Shown here: positions 19,926 to 29,468 of the stretch, in pieces
How positions within the stretch are numbered: the stretch's first letter is position 1
Layout: each line of letters opens with the position of its first letter
Assembly (NCBI GenBank): GCA_964635675.1
Contig: CAZWPT010000004.1
Span: 4,744 to 68,743, forward strand
Origin: an uncultured Nitrososphaerota archaeon
GTDB taxonomy: Archaea; Thermoproteota; EX4484-205; JAAOZP01
Direction of reading: 5' to 3'
Length of the DNA stretch: 64,000 nucleotides
Position numbers and translations under genes: made by a program
Notes under the pieces: model-generated
Told to the model about the DNA's origin: nothing
Database searches by the model: none
Seen by the model: only the letters and a program-made list of their open reading frames with translations

Positions 19926-20738
19926 TTAAACGTTGAAATCCACCACGTCGTGTCTTAATTCTCCACCGTCGACCCAGCATACGAGTAAATTATTGTTTTT
20001 CAACGGAACCCAGTTTCCCCTCACTGTTTTCTCAGACGCGACTACAAGGTGATCAGTGTTAATTTTGAAACACATTTCGTATACCGGGGCATCTCCATAG
20101 CACATTGATGAGCCAGGATTATACAGGTATCTCGTGAAGGCATAGAGCTTGCTGCCGTCTGAGAATATTGTGTTTAAACTTGTGAACGGGGCTTCAAACC
20201 TGCTCACCTTCTCCTCTGCAAATATTTCCATAAGTGTCTGCTCAACCTTTCTGAAGGCGGTGACTACATCCCCCTCTTTCTCGATTAGGCTGAGTAGCAG
20301 GTAGAAGTACACCTCGCTGTCGTTCCGTCCCTTCACCAGCCTCGCGTATGAGCCTAGCCTTCTTGAAACCTCGTCAGGAATATTGATCGTGCCGTTGTGG
20401 GCTAAAACGTATTTCGAGTGGTTGAACGGCTGAGAGTTTTCAAGCGATATAAGCATTTCTCGCGCTAACCCCCTAGGGTTGCTGGCTTTCCTCACGTGCG
20501 CGATGATTATCCGGCCCTTCGCAGCTTTAGCAGCCTTCTCAAAGCTGTCTCTATCCTCGTAAACCGGTTTATCGCTTTTGAAGACTATTGGGTTACTCCC
20601 CCCAGGGTAGAAACCTATCCCCCAGCCGTCTGACTGCCTTCCTTTAAACGCCTGGGTGAAGAGGGAGCATTCCGTGTTTAAAAGATGTTGCTCAACACTG
20701 CCGGTTCCGACGAAAACTGCTCCCAAGAGCCTGCACAT
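19926..20738 (-). CDS. Class II glutamine amidotransferase (YafJ/EgtC-like)
   Basis: N-terminal MCRL, DGWGIG, AHVRKAS, LAHNGTI, NDSE, VVASE. Confidence 0.92.
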   Translation of the reverse strand: MCRLLGAVFVGTGSVEQHLLNTECSLFTQAFKGRQSDGWGIGFYPGGSNPIVFKSDKPVYEDRDSFEKAAKAAKGRIIIAHVRKASNPRGLAREMLISLENSQPFNHSKYVLAHNGTINIPDEVSRRLGSYARLVKGRNDSEVYFYLLLSLIEKEGDVVTAFRKVEQTLMEIFAEEKVSRFEAPFTSLNTIFSDGSKLYAFTRYLYNPGSSMCYGDAPVYEMCFKINTDHLVVASEKTVRGNWVPLKNNNLLVCWVDGGELRHDVVDFNV

Positions 20739-20992
20739 AGCTCATTCTCTACCGGGAGGTGTTTTTAGCTTTTCCTAAAGCGAGGGCTGCATAGAGGCTT
20801 AACGGGCAGGCGCATAATGCCTAGCGCGCTAGGTTTTTCTTAGCAAGCATGGGAGACATTTTTGCAGGATGCTTTGCATCCAGTTTGCCTTGTTTAAAAT
20901 CCTGGCGAGATGAATAGGTTACTGCTAGTGATGGAAGCTGGTTTGACGCAGCCCCTGACCCTGCTTAGAATAGGTTTTTAAACGCGTATCGA

Positions 20993-22519
20993 TTGTTTGA
21001 AACTAATGTGAGCAGCATTAGGCTGAAGTACTCTGGACTGGTCAACTTCGCCTCGAGGATGATTTCAGTCCTAACAGGATTACTTTTTACGATGCTTGTT
21101 ACCAGAAGGCTTACCGAAGAGCTTTTCGGAACCTGGCAGTTTTATGCAAGCCTGCTAAGTTATTTCACAATACCTTCAAGCATCTCAAACTACTGGCTTA
21201 CCAGGTTTACAGGAAGAGGGAAGCCGGTTGCGAAATCAGGAGTTTTATTCAACAGCGTGGTTTCACTGGTTTCAGCAGCGGTCTTCACCGTCCTGTCCCC
21301 GGTTTTCGCATCGAGCGTGAGCGTCGACCCGTTAACGATACTCGCGTTCATAATGTGGATAGTAGCGATACATCACACGTCGAGCTTGGAATCCGTATGT
21401 CACGGGGTTGAGCCCCATGTAGTCGGCTATGGGACAATTATTTTCGAGGCTTCTAAGGTGGTTGTCGGAGCAACGCTAGTCGGGTACTTCAGGCTATCCC
21501 TTTTCGGTGCAGTTCTATCAGTGGACCTAGCCTTAATAATTCAGGCGCTGTACTACTCGCTGAGGCTCTCTAAACATCTTAAGGGTTCATTCAAGCTGGG
21601 AGAGGTTGGCCGATGGTTCAGGATGGGCTGGATTCCTTTAGCATCGATTGCTCCCGGCATCGTGTATTCTCAGGATGCCCTAGTCCTAACGCTGTTAACA
21701 GGGTCTCTGCTTCCAGTAGCATACATTAGGGCTGCGAACATTTTCGCAGGAGTTATACTTTTCGCCGGGGCTTTGGCAATAGGGCTTTACCCGAAACTCC
21801 TGTCTGGTGGAACAGGCAGGGATGTCAAGGAGTCGCTGGAGCTCGTACTGCTCTTCCTGATACCCATGACACTCGGGCAGCTGATACTTGCTGAGCCCCT
21901 ACTATATCTTTTGAGGGAAGGTTATGCGCCTGTGCACAATGTTCTCAGAGTAATGGCTGTGTGCTCTGCAGTTATCGTGATGAAAAGTTTTTTCTCAACA
22001 GTCATACTGGGCGTTGAGAAGACTGATGTTGGTGAAAATGCTTCGTGGAAAAAACTATTGGAATCGTATCTCATAAGAATCCCCCTTATCGACTTAGCTG
22101 GTTCAGTTGCTTACGTAACAGTGGCCGGAGTAGTGTCTAAGATCCTGCAGGATTTGGAGAGCCCGCTAATGCTATTCTCCACGTCTGCAGCTGTATGCTA
22201 CTTGCTGGTTAACCTCTCAATAGCTCTTTACTACATACGGCTCTCCAAGCGTCTAGTCGTCTTCAGTTTAGATTTCAAGAGAGTATTCAAAATCTTTATC
22301 TCGGGGGTTCTTATGTCAGCTGTACTGCTAACGCTGTATCCTGAATCAGCTAAAAGCGGGCAGATAATGGTCGTATTAACGTCGCTGATGCCCGTCATCC
22401 TAGCCGGCGTGGTTGTTTATTTCACCACTCTATGTTTAATAGACCAGGAATCCAGGGAAATGTTGAAAACTGTTTTAAACTGGCTTCTAGCTAAGACCGG
22501 CTTAAACTCTTTATTCTAA
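20993..22519 (+). CDS. Polysaccharide/oligosaccharide flippase (Wzx/MOP superfamily)
   Basis: About 14 TM helices, N-terminal LLFTMLVTRRLTEELFGTWQ. Confidence 0.8.
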   Translation: MFETNVSSIRLKYSGLVNFASRMISVLTGLLFTMLVTRRLTEELFGTWQFYASLLSYFTIPSSISNYWLTRFTGRGKPVAKSGVLFNSVVSLVSAAVFTVLSPVFASSVSVDPLTILAFIMWIVAIHHTSSLESVCHGVEPHVVGYGTIIFEASKVVVGATLVGYFRLSLFGAVLSVDLALIIQALYYSLRLSKHLKGSFKLGEVGRWFRMGWIPLASIAPGIVYSQDALVLTLLTGSLLPVAYIRAANIFAGVILFAGALAIGLYPKLLSGGTGRDVKESLELVLLFLIPMTLGQLILAEPLLYLLREGYAPVHNVLRVMAVCSAVIVMKSFFSTVILGVEKTDVGENASWKKLLESYLIRIPLIDLAGSVAYVTVAGVVSKILQDLESPLMLFSTSAAVCYLLVNLSIALYYIRLSKRLVVFSLDFKRVFKIFISGVLMSAVLLTLYPESAKSGQIMVVLTSLMPVILAGVVVYFTTLCLIDQESREMLKTVLNWLLAKTGLNSLF

Positions 22520-23467
22520 CGCGGCAGCCAAGGCACCGTAGAGAACCGCGTCCTCGCCAAGCGGGGTTATAGTTATCTCCGGCAGTCTGTTTATAGCATA
22601 CTTAGGAATATTTTTCTTAACCGGTTCGAGTATGAGTTCGCTGTTGAAAAGAGCGACTGAGCCACCGACTGTTATTAGCTCAGGGTCATACGTGTTTACT
22701 ATGTTGGCAAAGCCGATTGCGTTAAGCAACCCTATTTCCCCGATGATTCTAAGCGCCATCTCGTCTCCTCCCCTAGCGGCTTCGAAAAGCATTTTGGGGG
22801 CGGCATTCGAAAAATCCTCTTGGAAAAGCTTTCTCAGGGAGCTCTTGTTGAAATCTACGCACCATTCTTTTAAGAGTAGCTTCGCGTAATTGACCATTCC
22901 GGTCCCGCTGCAATAAGCTTCCCAGTGTCCACGTTTTCCACATCCGCACTCGAGAAGCCCTTCCTTATCCACTACTATGTGGCCAACCTCATGCGCGTTG
23001 CCGTCTTTTCCAAGCAGAAGGTGTCCGTCAACTATCGCTCCACCACCTATCCCAGTGCTTATTGTAACGTAAACAATATTCTCCATGTTCCTGCCTGCTC
23101 CAAACCTCTTTTCCCCAAGGACGGCTGCAACACAATCGTTTAAAAGTCTGACTGGTGCGTTAAAATGTTTTTCAATGCCTTCAACAATCGGAATTATACC
23201 CACCCGCAGGTTTGGAGGGTTGACTATCAATCCTTTCTTCAAGTCGAGTGGCCCTATCGACCCTACTCCAACCGCCTTCAAGCTTCTATCCGTTAATTCT
23301 AGAGAGCTGAGGGCATTTCTCCCCATTTCAACAATCTGCCTCACAACATCTCGCCCTGTTCCACCAGTTGTCCTCCCTGTCTTCTTCAGAAGTATCCTTC
23401 CCTCCGCGTCGGATAAGGCGACCCTCACGTTTGTTGCTCCAAGATCTACTCCGAGTACTATGCTCAA
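22511..23467 (-). CDS. ROK family sugar kinase (glucokinase-like)
   Basis: GVDLGATN, LNDCVAAVLGE, ISTGIGGG, EVGH, CGCGKRGHWEAYCSG. Confidence 0.95.
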   Translation of the reverse strand: MSIVLGVDLGATNVRVALSDAEGRILLKKTGRTTGGTGRDVVRQIVEMGRNALSSLELTDRSLKAVGVGSIGPLDLKKGLIVNPPNLRVGIIPIVEGIEKHFNAPVRLLNDCVAAVLGEKRFGAGRNMENIVYVTISTGIGGGAIVDGHLLLGKDGNAHEVGHIVVDKEGLLECGCGKRGHWEAYCSGTGMVNYAKLLLKEWCVDFNKSSLRKLFQEDFSNAAPKMLFEAARGGDEMALRIIGEIGLLNAIGFANIVNTYDPELITVGGSVALFNSELILEPVKKNIPKYAINRLPEITITPLGEDAVLYGALAAALE

Positions 23468-23497
23468 CCTGGTTCAAAAACTAGAGTATAGCCTGAT

Positions 23498-23872
23498 TTA
23501 TCTTTTTAGCATCCTGGTAAAACTCTTTAGTTGCTTCTTCAAATCCTTCAAATCATCTAGGAAAAGCCTGAACCCCACGGTCACGGTGCTTGAACTCAGC
23601 TTCCAAGGGATGCTGGTTAAACCAGCCTCGTATATAAGCATCACCAGGTTTTGAGCTGAAAGCGTTAATACGCCTAGCACGGCAACTATTACTCCAACCA
23701 GCCAATGGTGTATTCTAAGCCCCTTTACTGAGAACTCGTAATTCCTGTTTTTAACCCTGTTTAGAACTATTCTAGTTGCCTTATCCATTGCCCAGAACAA
23801 CGTGATAGACTGGGTTGTGCTAAAGATTATTTCTGGAACACCTGCTGGCAGCATGCTGAAAATTCTCAGCAT
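23498..23872 (-). CDS. Small hypothetical membrane protein
   Basis: RIHHWLVG followed by TM helices. Directly upstream of the ROK gene on the same strand. Confidence 0.6.
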   Translation of the reverse strand: MLRIFSMLPAGVPEIIFSTTQSITLFWAMDKATRIVLNRVKNRNYEFSVKGLRIHHWLVGVIVAVLGVLTLSAQNLVMLIYEAGLTSIPWKLSSSTVTVGFRLFLDDLKDLKKQLKSFTRMLKR

Positions 23873-24017
23873 GCATAGTTAAAAAGCTTTCTAACCTTGT
23901 TCAGTGTTCTAAGTCGATTGCTTGTTTAAACGTCGATGCTTTGCTTCCGAAGTCTTCTAAAAGTCATTTTTATCCCTCTGCCCCCGTCTCTCTTTCTAGA
24001 TAAGATTTCACGAACAG

Positions 24018-24737
24018 TTAATACAGCTTTCTATAGTATCTTTTTTCAGGCGGAACCTTTCTCTTGAGAAGCTCGCTAAAAACGTTGTAAAGCCATTCGT
24101 AGAAGCTTCTGCCGAAACCATACTTCTCATACCTTCTCATGGAGAAGTATACTCTAAGCCCTCCGTCGAACATTATTCTACCGGTTTTTCTCATTCTGAA
24201 CTGAAGCCCGTAGTCGTCACCCGCCCCTACTGCCGGAAAGCCTCTCATAATTATGAATTGCTTTTTCCTGAAAGCTGTGTTAGCGCCGACACTCATGTAT
24301 ATCCTAAACCTGTAAAGGATTTTCACGAAAACATTGTTCAACTCTATCAGGAAAGTGTTTTTAAAACTCCTTTCTATCGGGGTCACCACGCCATACACCA
24401 TAACGACATCCGGGTGGGTGTTAAAATCGTGGATTACTCTCTCAAGCAGATAGGGCGTAGCCATGCAGTCTGCATCGGTTGTGAAAACCAGGTCTGCCTC
24501 AGCATTTTTCACCCCGTCGTTTCTCGCTCCTCCGACTGTAGGGGTCTCTTGCCTCACTATCTTGTCAGCATACTTTCTACATATATCTAGAGTCCTGTCT
24601 CTGCTCCCCCCATCTACAATGATGATCTCGTAATCCGACCTTGGGATGGTTTGCCAGCTTAGCGTCGTGAGCAGTTTCCCAATATACTTCTCCTCGTTGA
24701 ACGTTGGTATCACTATGGATATTTTCCTGTTTCCCAA
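24018..24737 (-). CDS. GT2 family glycosyltransferase
   Basis: ISIVIPTFNEE, IVDGGSRD, GGARNDG, TDAD, GDDY. The ORF extends to 24842, but TTG 24737 follows a TATA box on the minus strand. Confidence 0.92.
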   Translation of the reverse strand: MGNRKISIVIPTFNEEKYIGKLLTTLSWQTIPRSDYEIIIVDGGSRDRTLDICRKYADKIVRQETPTVGGARNDGVKNAEADLVFTTDADCMATPYLLERVIHDFNTHPDVVMVYGVVTPIERSFKNTFLIELNNVFVKILYRFRIYMSVGANTAFRKKQFIIMRGFPAVGAGDDYGLQFRMRKTGRIMFDGGLRVYFSMRRYEKYGFGRSFYEWLYNVFSELLKRKVPPEKRYYRKLY

Positions 24738-24873
24738 TACTGCTTGCTTAACCAAATAAAACCGGGTATTTAAAAGTGGGTTGCCTTGGAAAACATGTTT
24801 TTCCCCGAGAAATAGCCTTAGAAATTGCTTACGCTGGAACATGCAAAACGTCTTTTCAGCCTACTGATAAAAG

Positions 24874-24881
24874 TTTATAAA
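24874..24881 (+). promoter_or_regulatory. TATA box
   Basis: TTTATAAA lies 23 nt before ATG 24904, in a divergent intergenic region. Confidence 0.5.
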
Positions 24882-24903
24882 AACGTTGTTTAAAGTAGGC
24901 AGT

Positions 24904-25965
24904 ATGACGAGTGGTTATAAGAAGGCGTTTTGGGTGAATCCGAAGCCTATTGCCGAGAACCCTGAGAAACATGTTAGAGAAATAGTGGAAATGGGTGCTG
25001 ACGAAATTTTTCTGCTGAGCATAGATGGCGAGGGAGCCCTCTACCCCGCTAAGATTTCAGTTGTTGCAAAGGAGGCTGCTCAAAAGAGCTTGATAGGAGA
25101 CGTTATAAGGGAAGCGAAGAGAAGCGGGTTAAAGGTTCACGCATGGGTGGTTGCTTTAAACAAGCCGAATAGGGAGCTGGCTGCTAAAAGGAAGGACTGG
25201 TTTGTTGTGAGCAGAGAGGGGAAGAGCTGCGTTGACAGCCCGCCTTACGTTGAAGGCTACAAATGGCTCTGTCCCTCGAACGATGAGGTGAAGAGCTATT
25301 TCACTGGCACAGTCCAGGAGCTTATGGAGACCTATGACTTGGATGGTGTTCATCTCGACTATATTAGGCTTCCAGATATCTTCCTCCCTGAAGGGTTAAG
25401 GGATAGATACGGCTTGGAAAGGGAGGTAGACGTCTACAGGGGGGAGTTCGACTTCTGCTATTGTGAAAAATGTAGAAACGGGTTTAAGAAGGAGTTTGGC
25501 ATAGATCCCTTGGAAATCGGGTTCGGGTCGCGAAAATGGTATGAGTGGCACGCGTGGAGAGCTGAAAGGATTACTGAGATAGTTAAAAACTTCCATAGGA
25601 CTGTGAAAAACTATGATAATGCTATTGAGACTTCAGCCGCTGTTTTCGCGACACCGGGATACGCGTATAGGATTGTTTTTCAAAAGTGGTGCGAGTGGCC
25701 GCTTGACAGTTTTGAACCGATGATATACCATGAGTACTATGAGAAAAACATAAAATGGATTGGTGAAGCAGTCATGGAGGGTGTTGCGTGCGGTAAAATG
25801 ATAGTTGCCGGAATCCAGTTTCAATTTTTAAGGAGCAGGAGGGACGTGGAGGAAGCGGTGAACGTTGCCTTGGAAAAAGGCTCGAGCGGAGTCTGCTTCT
25901 TCCTATACCCTTTGCAACATCCAGAGCTTAAGGAGGCTGTGAAAGAAGCGTTTTCAAAATTCTGA
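24904..25965 (+). CDS. GHL10/DUF187 (YddW/DigH-like) glycoside hydrolase-like TIM barrel
   Basis: GLKVHAWV, WLCPSN, YDLDGVHLDYIR, PMIY. Confidence 0.85.
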   Translation: MTSGYKKAFWVNPKPIAENPEKHVREIVEMGADEIFLLSIDGEGALYPAKISVVAKEAAQKSLIGDVIREAKRSGLKVHAWVVALNKPNRELAAKRKDWFVVSREGKSCVDSPPYVEGYKWLCPSNDEVKSYFTGTVQELMETYDLDGVHLDYIRLPDIFLPEGLRDRYGLEREVDVYRGEFDFCYCEKCRNGFKKEFGIDPLEIGFGSRKWYEWHAWRAERITEIVKNFHRTVKNYDNAIETSAAVFATPGYAYRIVFQKWCEWPLDSFEPMIYHEYYEKNIKWIGEAVMEGVACGKMIVAGIQFQFLRSRRDVEEAVNVALEKGSSGVCFFLYPLQHPELKEAVKEAFSKF

Positions 25966-26061
25966 ACGCTTATCGATCGGCTGTTCAGTAAGCAATGTCT
26001 AAGGGTCGCCTAGCTGGTATCAAGTTAGATTAAAATAGGCTTCTCGCCTACACTGTGGAGG

Positions 26062-27423
26062 ATGAGGCTGGAGGAGGCTATGCGGCTTAAACCATATGGG
26101 AGTTTCGACGTAGTGGTGGCGGGGGGAGGTACTGCTGGAGCCGTGGCCGCAATAGCGGCTGCGAGAAATGGTGTGAAAACCCTTGTTGTAGAGCAGTTCG
26201 GTTTCCTAGGGGGAAGCGGGTCAGCCGCCCTCGTCATACCCATGATGCCGAACCATGTGGAGGGGAAACCCTTGGTCAGAGGGATAAGCCAAGAGATACA
26301 GAGTCGTCTTCTAGAACTGGGCTGTGCTGCAACAGATAAAAACGGTAATGAGGGCTGGTTCAATCCAGAGGCCTTAAAATTCGTGTTGGAGGAAATGGTT
26401 TTAGAGGCTGGTGGGGAAATCCTCTATTTCACGCTTGTCGAGGATGTCATAATGGAGGGTGAAGAGCTTAGGGGAATAGTTGTGGCCAATAAGTCGGGGA
26501 GGCAAGCGGTTTTCTCGAAAATCGTCATAGACTCGACTGGAGACGGGGATGTGGCTGCGCTCGCGGGAGTCCCTTTCGAATCCGGAAGAAAGGAGGACGG
26601 TGTTAGTCAACCGATGTCGTTAAGGTTCATGGTGGGGAACGTTGACTTAAGCAAACTGGCTGATTTCCTGCTTGAAAACGACAATAGGAGTTACGTCGAC
26701 CCGCCGCTAATAGAGTTCGCAATAGTTCCAGGCGGAGGCTGGCCTCTTGAAAAATTCTTCCGAGAAGGTGTTGAAGAAGGCTTTCTGAATGATTCTGACA
26801 TAGTCTATTTTCAAGCGTTCAGCGTCCCTGGAATGCCCGGGGTCGTAGCGTTCAACTGTCCAAGAATAATAGGCAACTATAAGGGTTTCGACGCGGATCA
26901 TCTTACGGAAGCAGTGATACAGGGTAGGAGGAGAATTAGTAGGCTTTTCAGTTTTCTCAGGAAGAAAATCCCTGGCTTCGAAGAATCTTACCTCGCCATG
27001 ACTGCGCCGATGGTCGGTGTAAGGGAGTCGAGGAGGATAGTTGGCGAGTACGTTCTTTCTGCACAGGACTATTTCAACGCCAGAAAGTTTGAAGACGCTG
27101 TTTCTCGAAACAGGTATCCGATTGACATACATCTGCCAACCAGCCGCCTGCCAGGCGAGAGGAAACTAGGCCCCGGAGAGTATCATGAGATACCTTACAG
27201 GTCACTGATACCGGTTAAGGTTGAAAACCTGATTGTTGCATGCAGGGCTCTCTCAGCATCCTTCGAAGCTCACGGCGCGGTAAGAATCCAGCCGAACATG
27301 AGGGCAATAGGCCAGGCAGCGGGGGTTGCTGCCGCACTCTGCGTTAAGAAGGGGGTTAGGCCAAGACAGCTAGACGGAAAGGAGCTTAGGGAAAGCCTGG
27401 TTCAACAGGGCGCCTACCTCTAG
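26062..27423 (+). CDS. FAD-dependent oxidoreductase (FAD_oxidored family)
   Basis: VVAGGGTAG, IDSTGDGDVA, GVRESRRIVGEYVL, YHEIPYRSLIP. Confidence 0.9.
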   Translation: MRLEEAMRLKPYGSFDVVVAGGGTAGAVAAIAAARNGVKTLVVEQFGFLGGSGSAALVIPMMPNHVEGKPLVRGISQEIQSRLLELGCAATDKNGNEGWFNPEALKFVLEEMVLEAGGEILYFTLVEDVIMEGEELRGIVVANKSGRQAVFSKIVIDSTGDGDVAALAGVPFESGRKEDGVSQPMSLRFMVGNVDLSKLADFLLENDNRSYVDPPLIEFAIVPGGGWPLEKFFREGVEEGFLNDSDIVYFQAFSVPGMPGVVAFNCPRIIGNYKGFDADHLTEAVIQGRRRISRLFSFLRKKIPGFEESYLAMTAPMVGVRESRRIVGEYVLSAQDYFNARKFEDAVSRNRYPIDIHLPTSRLPGERKLGPGEYHEIPYRSLIPVKVENLIVACRALSASFEAHGAVRIQPNMRAIGQAAGVAAALCVKKGVRPRQLDGKELRESLVQQGAYL

Positions 27424-28586
27424 CAGTATGTCACCCACCCGCAATGCTTCTTTAAGAGCGTAATAAAGTATTTGTAGTTCTCAAGAGGCACATCTGGAGG
27501 CACAGCGTGATCCACCCCGGGGAAATACCCTTTTCTTTTCACCAGCGGATGAACCCTGTAACCGACCTCTTTTTCAACCGACTCTTTATCCTTTGCAAGC
27601 TCTCTCTTATCTATCCCGCCTATCATGATTAAATCAGGATACTTCTCTCCAAGTTTTACCACATCCATGCCTGCTGCTACTTCACACGGTATCACCCCGT
27701 TGAAGCCGAGCTTAAGCCAAATAGGTATCAGAAGCTCAACGTTTCCATCACTGTCTACAATCAAAACCTTTACGCCATGCTCCCTGAAGAACCCGGCTAT
27801 CTCGCTGTACGCTTTACTCATGAACTCTTTAACGGTTTCAGGCCCTATCATCGGCCCATTCTTGTAAGCCATGTCCTCGTTTAAGATCACGAAGTCCAGG
27901 TCCAAATCGTCTACAGCCCTATGCAGAACTCGGGTTTGAAACTCTGCACAGAAATCCATGATCTCCTTTATAAGGCCCGGGTTCCTATGGATTCCGAGAG
28001 CAATACCCTTTAAGCCAACCATGTCCCTAGTCCACCAGAATGGCCCCCTTATGGATACGTATAGTGGATAGTTTCTCTCACGGTGTTTCTTAATCTGGGA
28101 ATCCCAGCTCCCAGGGTATCTCTCAGCGTCAGTCGGGTCGTAACGCTTCTTAATCTTCAAGAAGTCTTCGCGATTCTTAACCGGGAAGTCAACCCAGCTC
28201 CTTGTAGCGAAGCCGCTCCAACCGTTTTTCCAATCATCTTGAAACCCTATCTGCTTTATCCCGAGGCTGTCAACCCAAACCCTGTGTCTCTCGTCCTCCC
28301 TTACCACCCGGTATTCGAACACTGGCCTAGGCCCAAGGTCGATTAAGCCTGGGTCTGGCTTCCACTCGAATCCTTCACTAGGGTAGGATGCTATGTTGAC
28401 GGCTTCAACCTCGCAGCCCTTGACGCCAAGGTATTCAGCTACCGCCGTGTTTTCCGGAAGCCCCTGCTTAACCCATTTTCTCAAAGTGGCTGGCCTAATG
28501 CTTCCAACGCCCCACAACGGTATCTTACTAGGGTTTTTAAACAAGGCTACTTGGAGAAACCGTTCTCGAGGCGTTATCGACTCCAC
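27420..28586 (-). CDS. Uroporphyrinogen decarboxylase (URO-D)/MtaA-like family protein
   Basis: TPRERF N-terminus, EDMAYKNGPMI, IVDSDGN, IGGIDK, VDHAVPPDVP. Likely start GTG 28586, because the longer ORF overlaps the divergent aldolase. Confidence 0.88.
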   Translation of the reverse strand: MESITPRERFLQVALFKNPSKIPLWGVGSIRPATLRKWVKQGLPENTAVAEYLGVKGCEVEAVNIASYPSEGFEWKPDPGLIDLGPRPVFEYRVVREDERHRVWVDSLGIKQIGFQDDWKNGWSGFATRSWVDFPVKNREDFLKIKKRYDPTDAERYPGSWDSQIKKHRERNYPLYVSIRGPFWWTRDMVGLKGIALGIHRNPGLIKEIMDFCAEFQTRVLHRAVDDLDLDFVILNEDMAYKNGPMIGPETVKEFMSKAYSEIAGFFREHGVKVLIVDSDGNVELLIPIWLKLGFNGVIPCEVAAGMDVVKLGEKYPDLIMIGGIDKRELAKDKESVEKEVGYRVHPLVKRKGYFPGVDHAVPPDVPLENYKYFITLLKKHCGWVTYC

Positions 28587-28658
28587 GGGTTTTCCTGCAT
28601 TAACGATACAGGGATAAAAAGCTTTTAGGGCTCTAAGCCGGGTTATCCGTGAGGAAGC

Positions 28659-29423
28659 ATGAGCAGCTTTAAGGAGAGAATGAGAAGCGGGGAGGTTTTG
28701 ATGGGCGCTATGATAGAGACTCCGGAGCCGGATGCTGCGGAGCTCATGGGCACCCTGGGGTTCGACTGGTTCTGGATAGACATGGAGCATTGCCCACTTG
28801 ATTTCAAGGATGTTCAAACGATTCTTCAAGCCATTGGAAGATATGAGGCAGCAACCCTGGTCAGGGTTCCTTGGAACGATCCTGTTTATATAAAGAGGGC
28901 TCTAGACCTAGGGCCTACTGGTGTTATTGTTCCTTGGGTCAACAGTAGGGATGAGGCTGTAAAGGCAGTTATGGCCTGCAAGTATCCTCCGGAGGGGATT
29001 AGGGGCTGTGGCCCAAGGAGGCCGGTTTGGTACAAGGGTTTCACCGAGTATGTTAGGGGGGCTAATGAGAACGTGGTAGTGGTTGTTCAAATAGAAACTG
29101 GCGACGCTTTGAGAAACCTGGGTGAAATACTTTCTGTTCCAGGTGTGGATGGCACGATGGTGGGCCCTGCAGACTTGTCTGCTTCCCTAGGCTACTTGGG
29201 CTACCCTGATGAGCCGAGGGTTGCCGAGGCGATAACGCATATAGCTAATATGCACAAAGGGACGAAAGTGTGCCCGGGAATAGCCTCCAACCCCAAGGAT
29301 GCTGAGAAACACATAGAGCTTGGGTTCAGACTGTTGAACGTGGGCAGTGACCTAGGCTTTATGAGGATGGCTGCCGCCGCGACTCTTAAGGAATTGAAAG
29401 AATTCTTACAGAGGGGCTGCTGA
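28659..29423 (+). CDS. HpcH/HpaI family 2-keto-3-deoxy sugar acid aldolase (RhmA/GarL-like)
   Basis: IDMEH, LVRVP, RALDLG, VQIET, VGPADLSASLG. Confidence 0.93.
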   Translation: MSSFKERMRSGEVLMGAMIETPEPDAAELMGTLGFDWFWIDMEHCPLDFKDVQTILQAIGRYEAATLVRVPWNDPVYIKRALDLGPTGVIVPWVNSRDEAVKAVMACKYPPEGIRGCGPRRPVWYKGFTEYVRGANENVVVVVQIETGDALRNLGEILSVPGVDGTMVGPADLSASLGYLGYPDEPRVAEAITHIANMHKGTKVCPGIASNPKDAEKHIELGFRLLNVGSDLGFMRMAAAATLKELKEFLQRGC

Positions 29424-29468
29424 AATATTCTCGAGGGTTTGAAAAACGCTGAGACCCGACGGTCAGCG

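Noticed and set aside
28587-28829. 80-aa N-terminal extension of the URO-D-like ORF
   Set aside because: It overlaps the divergent aldolase gene and the shared promoter; family similarity starts at TPRERF.
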